A stretch of DNA of 63,918 nucleotides, the filler included, from Octopus bimaculoides (Eukaryota), in NCBI RefSeq assembly GCF_001194135.2. It is 5 parts of 5 records of this genome, joined end to end, with 100 filler letters (N's around TTAATTAATTAA, not from the genome) between each part and the next. Parts side by side here need not be neighbours in the genome. Positions count along the whole stretch, not along the records: positions 1 to 13,889 come from NC_069009.1; positions 13,990 to 24,738 come from NC_068995.1; 3 more parts are not named here. The stretch is one strand, 5' to 3'. The translations under genes were made by a program, and so were the position numbers. How positions within the stretch are numbered: the stretch's first letter is position 1; every line of letters begins with the position of its first letter. The notes under the pieces were generated by a model. That model saw nothing but the letters and a program-made list of their open reading frames with translations, did not search any database and was not told the origin of the DNA. Of this stretch, positions 11,611-23,842 are shown one piece after another.

Positions 11611-11711
11611 GTGACGAAGCACTTGATTTGAAGAACAAGAAGTTTTTGGCAATGGATTGGCAGAACAACGACCGACAGCCACGTTTTGTGTTGGTCCAGT
11701 CCAAGGAATTG
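11611..11711 (+). CDS. USP19: USP19 next coding exon (101 nt, phase 1 to phase 0)
   Basis: TTAG acceptor at 11607-11610 and GTACGT donor at 11712; phase-compatible with the previous exon. Translates (G)DEALDLKNKKFLAMDWQNNDRQPRFVLVQSKEL, matching recalled human USP19 GDTPLELGDDCSLALVWRNNERLQEFVLVASKEL. Confidence 0.88.
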
Positions 11712-11871
11712 GTACGTACTATTATATTTTTTGTAGTGGTAATGGGAAGGGGGCAATGCTCATAACTTTTGCTGTATAGCTTTGCTATGACATATACCTG
11801 TAATACCGTGTTTGTTGTTTAACCCTTTAGCATTTAAACTGGCCATATCCAGCCCAAAAGGATCATCATCA

Positions 11872-13495
11872 ACATCATCATCGGTTAACGTTCATTTCCA
11901 TGCTGGCATGTGTTGAATGGTTTGGCTAAGAACTGGCGAGCCGGGAGGCCATACCAGACTCCAATCTGATTTAGTAAGGTTTCAACAGCTAGGTGCCCTT
12001 CCTAACACCAACCACTCCGACACTGTAGTGGGTGCTTTTATGTGCCACCGGCACAGGAGCCAGTCAGGTGGCACTGGCATCAGCCATGCTTGAATGGTGC
12101 TTTTACGTGTCAACCGGCATGGGTGCCAGTCAGGCGATACTAGCATTGGTCACAACTACGATTTCACTTAGCTCAACAAGTCTTCACAAGCACGGCATAT
12201 TGCCCAACAATTGAAGGGTGCTTGTAAACAGGCCAGTTATGTGAAAATGGCATCCACTATGACTATGATCTCACTTGGCTTGCTGGATCTTTACAAGCAT
12301 GTCATATCTCCAAAAGTCTTGGTTGCTTGTCATTGCCTCTGTGAAGCCCAGTGTTTGAAGGTCATGCTTTACCACCTCATCCCATGTCTTCCTGGGTCTA
12401 CCTCTTCCACAGGTTCCCTCCACTGTTAGGGTGTGATACTTCTCTACACTGCTTTCCTCATCCATATGCATCACCTGACCATACCAGCGCAGTCGTCTCT
12501 CTTGCACACCACATCTGATGCTTCTTATGTCCAACTTTTCTCTCAGGGTGCTTACACTCTGTTCATGTATGCACACTGACATTATACATCCAGCGGAACA
12601 TACTAGCATCATTTCTGTCAAGTCTACACATGTCCTCAGCAGTCACGGTCCATGTTTGACTGCCATGTAGTATGGCTGTTTACACACAGGCACGATACAA
12701 TCTCCCTTTCATTCTGAACGAGAGGCCCTTTATTACCAGCAGAGGTAGGAGCTCTCTGAACTTTGCCCAGGCTATTCTTATTCTAGCAGCTATTCTTTCA
12801 GAGCATCCACCCTTGCTTGGTCACCCAGGTAACAGAAACTAACAACTACTTGTAGTTTTTTCCCTGGCATGTGATGGAATCTGTTTCCTGTACATCTTTG
12901 GTGTTTATTGCACCTATTCATCTGCCACACACAAAAACTATCTTCCCAGTTAACCTTCCTTTGATATTACTGCACCTTATGTGTCCATAGCTTACACTGG
13001 GTACATCTTATGGAATTTCTACCTACACTTTTTCTACACATTGAGCAGGGGTCTACTTGAAGAAATTTGTGATTCGTCCGCCTTCCTACTTACTATGACT
13101 TTGGTTTTTGCTAGGTTAATTCTAAGGCTCTTTGATTCTAGACCTTGCTTCCACATCTAAAACTTCTCTAGTTCTGGTAAGCACTCAAATATTAGAGCAA
13201 GGTCATCAGCTTAGAGGAGCTCCCAGGGTCAGCCTGTCTTGAACTCCACTGTCATTGCCTGGAGGATTATGAGGAACAAGAGGGGGCTGAGGACTGATCT
13301 TTGGTGGATCCCTACTTCTACCTGGAATTCTTTGCTATACTCGTTGCCAACCCTCACCTTACTGACAGCATCCCTGTACTTGGCTTCTACAGCTCTCACC
13401 AACAACTCATCTATCCAGTCATTGGGTATGACTCCTTCATGTATCACCTGGTTAACTACACGGGTGACTAGACTATAGCCTACACTGCCATATAT
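11872..13495 (-). mobile_element. 5'-truncated, internally deleted RTE LINE in USP19 intron (antisense)
   Basis: ORFs 12271..12621 (QERRLRWYGQV...GRGRPRKTW) and 13229.. (GIHQRSVLSPLLF); (CAT)n tail at 11872. The PNDW/IDELLV junction shows loss of part of the RT. Confidence 0.88.
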
Positions 13496-13497
13496 CC

Positions 13498-13686
13498 AGT
13501 GACCCGGGAACAAAATTTGCTTAGGGGGTGCAAACTCAGTTCCAAAATTTGGCACTACTGGAGAAGTGTGGATCCAAGTTCTGGGAGTGTGCATGTTACA
13601 AATTTGCGCATGCGCATGCGTTAGTCGTAAGTAGTTGAATTTAGCACTCAGGTAAAAAACGAGACGCTCGCTACTTGCTGTAAATG
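13498..13686. mobile_element. Probable DNA-transposon (hAT-like) terminal fragment abutting the RTE
   Basis: Begins cagtgacccgggaac...ggggtgcaaa; unrelated to RTE; similar in style to 59393-59473. Confidence 0.35.
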
Positions 13687-13933
13687 NNNNNNNNNNCTTT
13701 GCTATACTCGTTGCCAACCCTCACCTTACTGACAGCATCCCTGTACTTGGCTTCTACAGCTCTCACCAACAACTCATCTATCCAGTCATTGGGTATGACT
13801 CCTTCATGTATCACCTGGTTAACTACACGGGTGACTAGACTATAGCCTACACTGCCATATATCCAGTGACCCGGGAACAAAATTTGCTTNNNNNNNNNNN
13901 NNNNNNNNNNNNNNNNNNNNNNNNNNNNNNNNN

Positions 13934-13945
13934 TTAATTAATTAA
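13934..13945. other. Artificial scaffold-join marker TTAATTAATTAA (44 N each side); also at 24783, 54474, 59241
   Basis: An identical 44N+12+44N = 100 nt layout occurs four times; the linker is palindromic with TAA stops in all six frames. Confidence 0.95.
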
Positions 13946-13989
13946 NNNNNNNNNNNNNNNNNNNNNNNNNNNNNNNNNNNNNNNNNNNN

Positions 13990-14022
<33 letters not shown>

Positions 14023-15549
14023 TATACATACATACATACATATATATATATCTATATATAAAATACAAGAAAACAGAATTCACAAGACTCTTTATTTAGA
14101 ACCACTGCGATTGTTTTGACTCATCATGCTTTGGTACCTAACAGGTGAGATGCTGTACAAACAATTGTCATGCATCATAAGGGCAGATGCATTTCCTCAA
14201 GTAACTTTTCAAAAAGTCCTCCTTTTTTATTTGTCATTTCATTTATTTCTGTAACAATACATTTTGGTAATTGTGGCATACTGTCTCCATAAGAAACTAA
14301 CATATGAAGAATTTTTCTCACATAAGCAATAAAATAAAGTATACAAGGATAAAAGAACAAGGAATCAAAAATAAACTAAATAAATCAAATAAAATGTAAA
14401 ACACTGATAATAAGATACCATTAGATAAAAACATAAAATATACAATCAATTGGGATAGAACAAAAAAGAACAATCGGATATTTATATTGAATTTTACATC
14501 TCATCAAAACAAATAAGCATATCCACATATGCATCTAGTATATATAAATCACAGGATGTGTGTGTATAATGACTAACGCATGCATTTCCACAATTCTCAA
14601 CTGATTTTCTCCAAACTTTACACACACATTACTTATGTCCCAAGGATGGCCATGCACTATAGCATCTTGCCCAGAGCTCCCACGTAAATGGACATAGTTG
14701 TTTTGTATGTAGGGTCTTCCATATTTTCTTAATCTTTTTATAAAAGTGAAAGGATTTTGTCTATTTATTTCGACTGTCCACCTGCATGGTGATCCAGTCA
14801 AGAAATAGGATTTGGATGCTGTCATTTTATTTTCATGTAAATAAATGTTTATATTGATTTAAAAGATTTATCCAAAAAATCTTATTTAGCTGTTATTCTT
14901 AGCACAACACATGTTATGTCTCTGGTAATTTTCTTTTGTGTAAATAAATGTTTGTGCTAATTTGAAAGAATCATCCAAATTCGTTTTATGTACATAGTTT
15001 TTTTGTATGTAGGGTCTTCCATACGTTTTAAATCTATATGGTGGTTATCACATATATTTATTTATATGTTGTAATTCTGTATTACTACTTTTTATACTTT
15101 TTTATGAGTATTGGTGTGTATAGTTTGAGTTTTGGTTAGAGAATATTATAAAAGTGAAAGGATTTTGTCTATTTTGACTGTTTTCAATACTTTTAAAATC
15201 TGTATGGTAGTATATTTGCATTACAGAATATCTTTTAGTTGTTTTCACATTTTTTTGATTTATTATTTATTTATATGTTTTAATTGTGTATTATTACTTT
15301 CTATATATTTTTATACGTGTATTGCTTTGTCTTGTTTGAGTTTTGGTTAGAGGATATTATAAAAGTGAAAGGATTTTGTTTATTTATTTATTTCGACTGT
15401 CCACCAGCGACAGTGATTAAATTGACGAGGAGCACTGTACATGATGAATATCCAACACCAAACAACCTTAATATCCCTATTTAAGCTGCATTAAACTTTG
15501 GCAAGCTTACCTTTACCTATTCTGAGTTACTTGAAAGGCGATGTTCCCT

Positions 15550-16190
15550 TTCCTCTCTTCTATACCTTTGTTTACCTACCAATGCATGGTTTCATTTTAA
15601 GGATGCTTATTTACCCATCCATTATGATATTTTGACTGTTGTCCATTGTTTCAGATATGTTTTAGCATTGTCATTCTAGCTTTTTTAAACAATCATATAT
15701 GATTCGTCTCAAAGAAACAACCTTTCAATAAGAGGTTTGCTTCCACTAGTAAAATCTATATGTATCTTTCAGAAAGCTCCACACCAATTTCACTTTATGC
15801 AGCATTTGCTGTTAGTTTATGCACAGGTTATGTGAGAAGACAGAATAAAGGGGCTTTTGTTAGCTTATCTTTCTGAAAAAATAGCTCCCTTTGCTGTTGA
15901 AAAAATAAAAACTCACAGAGGAGAAGTTTCAATGTCTTCCTTCAATTTCCTTACACCGTTTATGTGGCTGTTTCTGACAAGAAATTTAGCTTTCATGTAA
16001 AACAACTATATTTTGTAGTCAAAACATATCAGTAACACTACTTTGCATCGCTAGCAAACATATATGTTCTATGATCATAAAAGTGCAACAACCTCCATAA
16101 TAACCAGCCTTCAATTTGATTTTTCGTTCCTAGCTTAATTGGAAACATGGATTGCCATGCTACTCATAAACCTTCTCAGCAGTTCAATTA
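15550..16190 (-). mobile_element. Possible ancient BEL/Pao integrase remnant
   Basis: Minus-strand fragments CKVVLLICF and DFTSGSKPLIERLF loosely match BEL integrase motifs; heavily decayed. Confidence 0.3.
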
Positions 16191-16343
16191 TTTGGTGAAA
16201 AAAATACCACCAAAGCAACTAAAGCATGTATATATACACATACACATACACATTTATATGTAAACATATACATACATTCAACTACACCCAACACACACTC
16301 GCTCTCTCACACACACACACACATGTATATATACATACACACA

Positions 16344-16397
<54 letters not shown>

Positions 16398-16739
16398 NNN
16401 NNNNNNNNNNNNNNNNNNNNNNNNNNNNNNNNNNNNNNNNNNNNNNNNNNNNNNNNNNNNNNNNNNNNNNNNNNNNNNNNNNNNNNNNNNNNNNNNNNNN
16501 NNNNNNNNNNNNNNNNNNNNNNNNNNNNNNNNNNNNNNNNNNNNNNNNNNNNNNNNNNNNNNNNNNNNNNNNNNNNNNNNNNNNNNNNNNNNNNNNNNNN
16601 NNNNNNNNNNNNNNNNNNNNNNNNNNNNNNNNNNNNATATATATAGAAGAAATACGAGGAATGGAAGAAAAAATAATAATGAAACAATAGAGTACTAAAG
16701 AACAATTGTATATTCAGGGATAAAAGCGCATGTCCTTTA

Positions 16740-17672
16740 CAAAACCAGAGTAAAAGGTAGACTGTATGACACATGTGTGTGAACAGCAGTGAAACATGGG
16801 CTGTGACTGCTGAGGACATGAGTAAGCTTGCAAGGAATGAAGTCGGTATGCTCCACTGGATGTGTAATGTCAGTGTGCATACTTGACAATGTAAGCACCC
16901 TGAGAGAAAAGTTGGACTTAAGAAGCATCAGATGTGGTGTGCAAGAGAAACGACTGCATTGGTATGGTCATGTGTTGCAAGTGGATGAGGACAGCTGTGT
17001 GAAAAAGTGTCACACCCTAGCAGTTGAGGAAATCTGTGGAAGAGGTAGACTCATGAAGACCTGGAATGAACATTGGCCCTCACCGAGGCAATGACAAGTG
17101 ACCGAGACCTTTGGAGCTATGCTCTGCTTTAGAAGACCCTGCAAGCCAAGTGAGGCCATAACTGTGGCCTATGCCAGTGCTGTATAACCAGCCCATTTAA
17201 GAGTACCCTACAATCATTGGACAATGAACTATGCTTGCAAAGACCTATTAAGGCAAGTGAAATCACTGTCGTGGCCGATGACAGTACCACCTCATTAACA
17301 CGTGTGCCAGTGGAACGTTAAAAGCACCATTCAAGCGTGATCGTTGCCAGGGCTACTGACTGGCTTCCAGTGGCATGTAAAAAAAGTACCATTTGAGTGT
17401 GGCTGTTGCTAGTGTCGCTTGACTGGCTCCTGTGCAGGTGGCACATAAAAAGCACCATTTGAGCATGGCTGATGCCAGTACCACCTGACTGGCTCTCGTG
17501 CCAGTAGCATGTAAAAGCACCCACTACACTCTCGGAGTGGTTGGCATCCAGCTGTAGAAACATTGCCAGATCAGAGTGGAGATTTGTGCAGTCTTCTGGC
17601 TCGCCAGCCCTCAATCAAACCATCCAACCTATGCTAGCATGGAAAGCAGATGTTAAACAATGATGATGATGA
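16740..17672 (+). mobile_element. 3' end of RTE LINE with 3' UTR and (GAT)n tail
   Basis: ORF 16828..17094 QEKRLHWYGHV...CGRGR; shared tail ...catggaaagcagatgttaaacaatgatgatgat. Confidence 0.85.
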
Positions 17673-17774
17673 TATTTATATATATATATTTTCAATTCTT
17701 TAAAACAGTTCAGCTTTAAACCTGTGGTCATGCTAGCTGTGCTACACCATTATTTAAAACCTCTTCTGATATGT

Positions 17775-18200
17775 GGCATTTAATGAATGAGGCGAATGAG
17801 GGAGTTTGATGCTGCTACCCTTATCTGTGTTTCCTGCTGTGAGGTAGGCTCATCTGGAACCCTTGACATGAAGAGATCCAGTTTTGCTTTGAAGACACCT
17901 ACATCCTCACAATGCAGGTCTCTCAGATATTTTGGGAGGATACTGAAGAGCTGTGGGCCCTTGAAACCCAAGCTGTTGCAGTATCTGGTCCTGTATTTTG
18001 ATGGTGATGCTGGGATTTTTGGCACTCTGCAGTGACACCCCATTCTGCAGTTTGTGTAACTTTCAGTGCCAAAGTTTGGTACAAGGCCTTCCAGGGTTTT
18101 CTAGATGTATACCACTGCATATCTTTCCTGCCTTCGTTCTAGAGAAAATAGTTTTAATTCTTTCAGTCTTTCCCAGTCGCTGATACGTTGCATTGAGATG
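17775..18200 (-). mobile_element. CR1/L2-group LINE 3' end
   Basis: ORF 17780..18043 RYCNSLGFKGPQLFSILP...FKAKLDLFMSRVPDEP...RVAASNSL is a typical CR1-group terminus. Confidence 0.75.
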
Positions 18201-18229
18201 ATTTTCTTTGTGTAGCTTTGTATATAAAT

Positions 18230-21200
18230 ACATATAGTGTGTGTGTGAGAGAGAGAGATGGGATAATTAAGATGAGACTTATCAGAGGTAAATTAACAGT
18301 TATATTTATCTCTGCTTATGCTCTTCAGTCTGTGCTGACTGATGAGCAGAAGAACCAATTCTATGAGGTCTTTTTGCAGACTACCTCAATGACAAATGAC
18401 AGAGACTTTGTTATTGTGGCTGGTGACTTTAATGGACATGTTAGACAGCATCCCCATGGACCTAGAAATGAGGAGGGAACAAGACTGCTAACTTCAGAAA
18501 ACCAGCCAGCCACCTAATCACTTACCAGTCTGATGGGCACATAAGCCAGATTGATTACCTCCTCATCAGGCAATGAGATAGATGGATGCTTAAAAATGCA
18601 AAGTCTTTTCCAGGTGAAGAGTGTACAACCCAACATAGGTTACTAGTTAGTGACTTCAGAATTAGAGCTAGAAAGACTTAGAGAAATAAATCAATTTGGA
18701 AAAGAAGACTACAGAAACTCAAAGACACAGCAAACACACAAATTTAGAAATTTCTTAATGTAAGCTTCTGACAAAAGAGAGGAAAAAATAGGGACATATA
18801 GCTTAGAGAACAATTCAAAGTTCCTGTGGGACAATCTATTGAGGGTTACAGATGAAATCTGTGGTTGGTTCAGAGTCCCAGCTAGACCAGTAGTGACATG
18901 GTGGTGGAATAAGGAGGTAGACAGTGCCATAAAAGCAAAAAGACAGGCCTGGAAAGACTGGAAAAATGGTGGAAGCAGAGAATCGTATCAGGTAGCCAAA
19001 AGGGCAGCTAGGTATCAGGTTTATATAGCAAAAGGAGTAGCAGAAGGTAAGAGATTTGCAAATGTTCTACAGCATAAGAATCAGAGGTATGAGGTGTTCA
19101 GGATTGCAAAGCAGTGTATCAAAGAGAATAGAGATATGGTGGGCGAGAAATGTGTGCGAATGGATAATGGCATGCTTGCACTTAGTGACACTTCCATGCA
19201 TCTTTTTTCTCTGAGTCACTATGAAAGGTTACTAAATGGGGAAAATGAATGGAAGAAGGAAAGTTTACCAAATATCAAACCAACTGAGGGATCAGCCATC
19301 AGAGTTGATAGCATAATAGATAAGGCAATTAAGGATATGAAGACAGGGAAAGCCTCTGAGCTATCAGGAATCACTGCTGAGGTGATTAAAATGTCCAGTG
19401 GTGTAGGATACAGCTTAGTCACTCATATAATTAATCAAGTTATTCAGGAAAACACCATCTCCAATGACTGATGTAGTAATATTATAGCTAGCTACTACAA
19501 GGGTAAAGGTGATGCCTTAGATAGAAACAACTACAGAGGTATTAAACTGCTAGACCAAGTCAAGAAAGTTACTGAGAGGGTTATAGCTCAATTGATTAGG
19601 AATAGAATTAAATTAGATGAGATGCAGTTTGGTTTTGTACCTGGGAAGAGTACCACAAATGCCATCTAGTAAGACAGCTTCAGGAAAAGTACTTAGCCAA
19701 AAGTAAGCCATTGTACTTAGCCTTCGTTGAGCTGGAAAAAGCTTTCAACAGTTTTCCTCTCTGTTATATGGTGGTCTCTAAGGAAGTTAGTAGAGGAGTG
19801 TTTTGTTAGAGCCGTACAAGCCATGTACAGTGGTACTGTTAGTAAGGTGGGAGTTGGCCATGAATAAAGTAATGAATTTAGCGTATAGGTGGGGGTTCAC
19901 CAGGGCTCAGTTCTCAGCCTACTCTTATTCATTATAGACCTCCAGGCCATAATAGAAAAATTCAAAACTGGGTGCCTGTGGGAACTGCTATATGCTGATG
20001 ACCTTGTTCTTATTGCAGAATTTTTAGCAGAATCGGAGAAGAAATTCCAGGTATGGGAACAAAACCTGGAATCAAAGAGCCTTAAAGTTAACCTGGTTGT
20101 TAGTAAGAAAGAAGATAAAACTCTCTTTCTGTCAGGTAAATGACCCTGCATAATATGCAGGAAAGGAGTTGGAAGAAATTGCATTCACTACACTCAGTGT
20201 AAACTATGGACACATAAGAGGTGCAATGGAATCGCAGGTAGATTAACAGATAAAGTAGTCTTTGTATGTGGCAGGTGTGCAGGAACAATAAGCACTAAGA
20301 GCACATGGGACTTAGATTCTCACAAATGCCCAGGAGGCTCTCTTGAGGTTGTAGATAGCTTCTGTTACCTAGGTGACCAAATTAGCAATGGTGGAGGATG
20401 CTCTGAAAGTATTGTTTCTAGAATAAGGATAGGGTGGAGGAAGTTCAGAGAGCTATTACCTGTTGGCAACAAAAGGACTCTCTCCTAGAGTGAAAGGTAG
20501 ACTGTATGATGCTTGTGTACAAATGGCTATACTCCATGGTAGTGAGACATGGGCTCTGAATGCAGAAGACATGCGTAGACTGAAGAGAAATGAGGGTAGT
20601 GTGCTCTGTTGGATGTGCAACATCAGTGTGCATATACAACAAAGTGCAAACACATTGAGAGAAAAGTTGGGCAAAAGAGGAATCAAATGTAGCTTGCAAG
20701 AGAGAAGACTATGTTGGTTTGGAAGTGATGCGTATGAATGACAGCTACATCAAGAAGTGCCAGTCACTGAATGTGGATGGTATCTGCAGAAGACCCAGGA
20801 AGATGTGAGATGAAGTGGTGAGAACTGATCTCAGGATGTTGGGCCTCATGGAGGAAATGACAATAGACCAAGATGTCTGGTAATATGAGGTTCTTGAGAA
20901 GACACATCTACGTCAGTAGAACTGAGTTCTAGAAGTGCTGTGTGTCCCACTCACACTTAACAAGCAAACTTCTCACATAGCCTACCACAACAAATCAAAC
21001 TACATCTCTTCTCTTCCTCGTGTATTTCCACTTCATGCACTATGCTTACCTCCCACTTCCAAAATCCTGTCCTCTTGGCCCTGTTTCACTGTATCATTCC
21101 TATCTGCTAGCACCTGACCTGTGTGTTCTACCCACACACAACAAGAAAACTTTTCACACACCCTACCCCAACAAACCAATCTACATCTCTTCTCTTCTTC

Positions 21201-21980
21201 ACATTTCCTCTTTCATACACTATACCTACCTCTCACTCCCCAATCCTGTCCTTGCAGCCCTGTTTCTCTGTATCATTGCTATCTGATAGCCCCCCCCCTG
21301 CTCTATATATACCCAGGTTTTTTGCCACTCACTTGCCACTCCCTCTTTGCACTCTCTAATCATGCTTTTCCTTTACTCAACCATCCCATTTATATTCTAA
21401 TCCCTGTCCCTTGTGAGTATGCCCAGCAATTTGCCACAATCTCTATCCTGCTGTCTCCCACTCTCTCCTTCTCTTCCCTCAGGTTGGGTAACCATGTATC
21501 ACCTTTGCAGCAGCACACCTGTTTCTATCTTCATTCCTGATCTCTCTCTCTCTCTCTCTCTCTCTCCAGCCGGGTAACCTTGTACCTCCTCTACAGCAAG
21601 ACACCTATGTCTTTCTTTCTGTCTCACTATAACCTTTCACCACCCGACACAAGACACCTCCTTCAATGCACCCTCCTCTCTCAAAAGTTTTTGTCTTGCA
21701 AAGTACTTGGTGATCCTGTCAGTATAGGTGCCACTTATTAAGCATCCAGCTGTAAAAACCTTGCCAAAACTGACCTCACCTGTGCTTGTGCCATGTAAAA
21801 AACACTTAGTCCACTCTGCTGAGTGGTTGGTGTTAGGAAGGGCATCCAGCTGTAAAAATCCTGCCAAAACAGTCACAGAAGTCTAGTGCAGGCTTCTGCT
21901 TGGCCAGGTCTTGTCAAACCATCCCACCCATGCCAGCATGGAAGGTGGACGCTAAATGATAATGATGATGATGGTGATGT
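18230..21980 (+). mobile_element. Degenerate near-complete RTE-clade LINE (APE + RT + PHD-like module + CT-rich 3' UTR + (GAT)n tail)
   Basis: APE motifs ISAYALQ, VAGDFNGHV, QIDYLL; RT motifs QFGFVPG, GVHQGSVLSLLLF, LLYADDL; C-terminal ERRLCWFG; tail ends gatgatgatgat. Multiple stops and frameshifts. Confidence 0.9.
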
Positions 21981-22081
21981 ATAATACGTTCTTGTGTTTG
22001 TGGAGAGTTATTCTATTTTAATGCCTTATTAGTTAACACACTCACCAGTTCGATTTCCACTCATTTACTTATTCGTTTTTC

Positions 22082-22118
22082 CTAAAATTTTCGTTGCTTC
22101 TTGCAACCTCTTCAATAG
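22082..22118 (-). ncRNA. Minimal hammerhead-like motif in a further short repeat (~21985-22200)
   Basis: Reverse complement: CUA-UUGAAGA-G-GUUGC-AAGAA-GCAAC-GAAA-AUUU/UAG; C3U variant, palindromic AAAUUU stem III, only 3-bp stem I. Confidence 0.45.
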
Positions 22119-22725
22119 CTTTTACTCCCCAGACACAATAAAATATGCTTCAACAAACAAATTCACATAAAGAAACTTGCAAACCAAATACAAAAATGAA
22201 ATATATATATATATATATANNNNNNNNNNNNNNNNNNNNNNNNNNNNNNNNNNNNNNNNNNNNNNNNNNNNNNNNNNNNNNNNNNNNNNNNNNNNNNNNN
22301 NNNNNNNNNNNNNNNNNNNNNNNNNNNNNNNNNNNNNNNNNNNNNNNNNNNNNNNNNNNNNNNNNNNNNNNNNNNNNNNNNNNNNNNNNNNNNNNNNNNN
22401 NNNNNNNNNNNNNNNNNNNNNNNNNNNNNNNNNNNNNNNNNNNNNNNNNNNNNNNNNNNNNNNNNNNNNNNNNNNNNNNNNNNNNNNNNNNNNNNNNNNN
22501 NNNNNNNNNNNNNNNNNNNNNNNNNNNNNNNNNNNNNNNNNNNNNNNNNNNNNNNNNNNNNNNNNNNNNNNNNNNNNNNNNNNNNNNNNNNNNNNNNNNN
22601 NNNNNNNNNNNNNNNNNNNNNNNNNNNNNNNNNNNNNNNNNNNNNNNNNNNNNNNNNNNNNNNNNNNNNNNNNNNNNNNNNNNNNNNNNNNNNNNNNNNN
22701 NNNNNNNNNNNNNNNNNNNNNNNNN

Positions 22726-22917
22726 GACACGTAAAAGCACCCACTACACTCTCTGAGTGGTTGGCGTTAGGAAGGGCATCCAGCTGTAGAAACTCTGCCA
22801 AATTAGATTGGAGCCTGGTGTTGCCATCCGGTTTCACCAGTCCTCAGTCAAATCGTCCAACCCATGCTAGCATGGAAAGCGGACGTTAAACGATGATGAT
22901 GATGATGATGATGATGA
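22726..22917 (+). mobile_element. RTE 3'-tail-only copy (5'-truncated LINE or RTE-dependent SINE)
   Basis: gagtggttggcgttaggaagggcatccagc...gcatggaaagcggacgttaaacgatgatgat; the same tail occurs at 2701-2810 (-), 17510-17672 and 21800-21980. Confidence 0.8.
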
Positions 22918-23389
22918 TATATATATATACACAACAGGCTTCTTTCAGTTTCCGTCTATCAAATCCACTGAACCTGGAACCATGTGGCTGGTAAGCAAGC
23001 TACTTACCACACAGCCACTCCAGATATATAATTGTATAGAATACAATTATAATTAAGAGCACAGAAGCAACCATGCCTATATGCTGAAAATAGATGCCAA
23101 ATATGTCTAGCCACCCAAAATCTTCACTTTACAATATACACAGGTTGAAATTGGGAAAAGTGGGCTGACCAAAAATTCATAAAATAATTCAGACAGTTTT
23201 GGATTGATCAATTTCTGGATTAATTTAATAACTTTTCCTTCATCAGCAAAAACATACTGAGTGAAATAAATGAAAATATTTATACATACCCATACACAAA
23301 ATGCCAGTACATACAAACATTCATAAATATATACGCATCAAATTCTGTAGTTCACCTCAACATGTGTGCATTTGGTATATAAATATAAT

Positions 23390-23685
23390 ATATATAGATA
23401 TATAATTGTATAGGATACAATTACACTTAAGGGCATAGAAGCTACCATGCCTATATGCTGAAAATAGATGTCAAATACGTCAAGCCATTGCCAATCTTTC
23501 CTATATGTACATAGGTTGTAAATTATTTTTGAATTTTAAATCAGTCCACTTCACTGCTTTCAACCTGTGTGTATATAGTGAAAATTTGCAATGGCTGGAT
23601 GTATTTGATGTCTATTTTCAACATATAGGCACGGTAGCTTCTGTGTCCTTAAGTGTATCCTATACAATTATATATCTCTATATAT
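23390..23685. mobile_element. MITE-like element with ~100 bp TIRs and ~90 bp spacer
   Basis: 23390-23493 is the reverse complement of 23586-23685; an extra left end occurs at 23022-23150. Confidence 0.75.
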
Positions 23686-23842
23686 GTATTTTACCTAAAA
23701 GATTATTTTTTATATGCTGGCCATTGAAAAAATTCATTAATTTTTATGATTTTATCCTTTAATTATGTTTATATATATACTAGCCTAAAGTTAAAAAAAT
23801 GTTAAAGGAAATAAATATATTTATTCTGATAAATCTGTTTCA

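Noticed and set aside
13697-13889. Exact ~193 bp repeat of 13328-13520
   Set aside because: It appears identical, is separated by a 10-N gap and sits at a contig end, so it is most likely an assembly duplication.
13934-13945. TTAATTAATTAA as a conserved motif or PacI site
   Set aside because: It is a synthetic linker inside fixed-length gaps, repeated four times.
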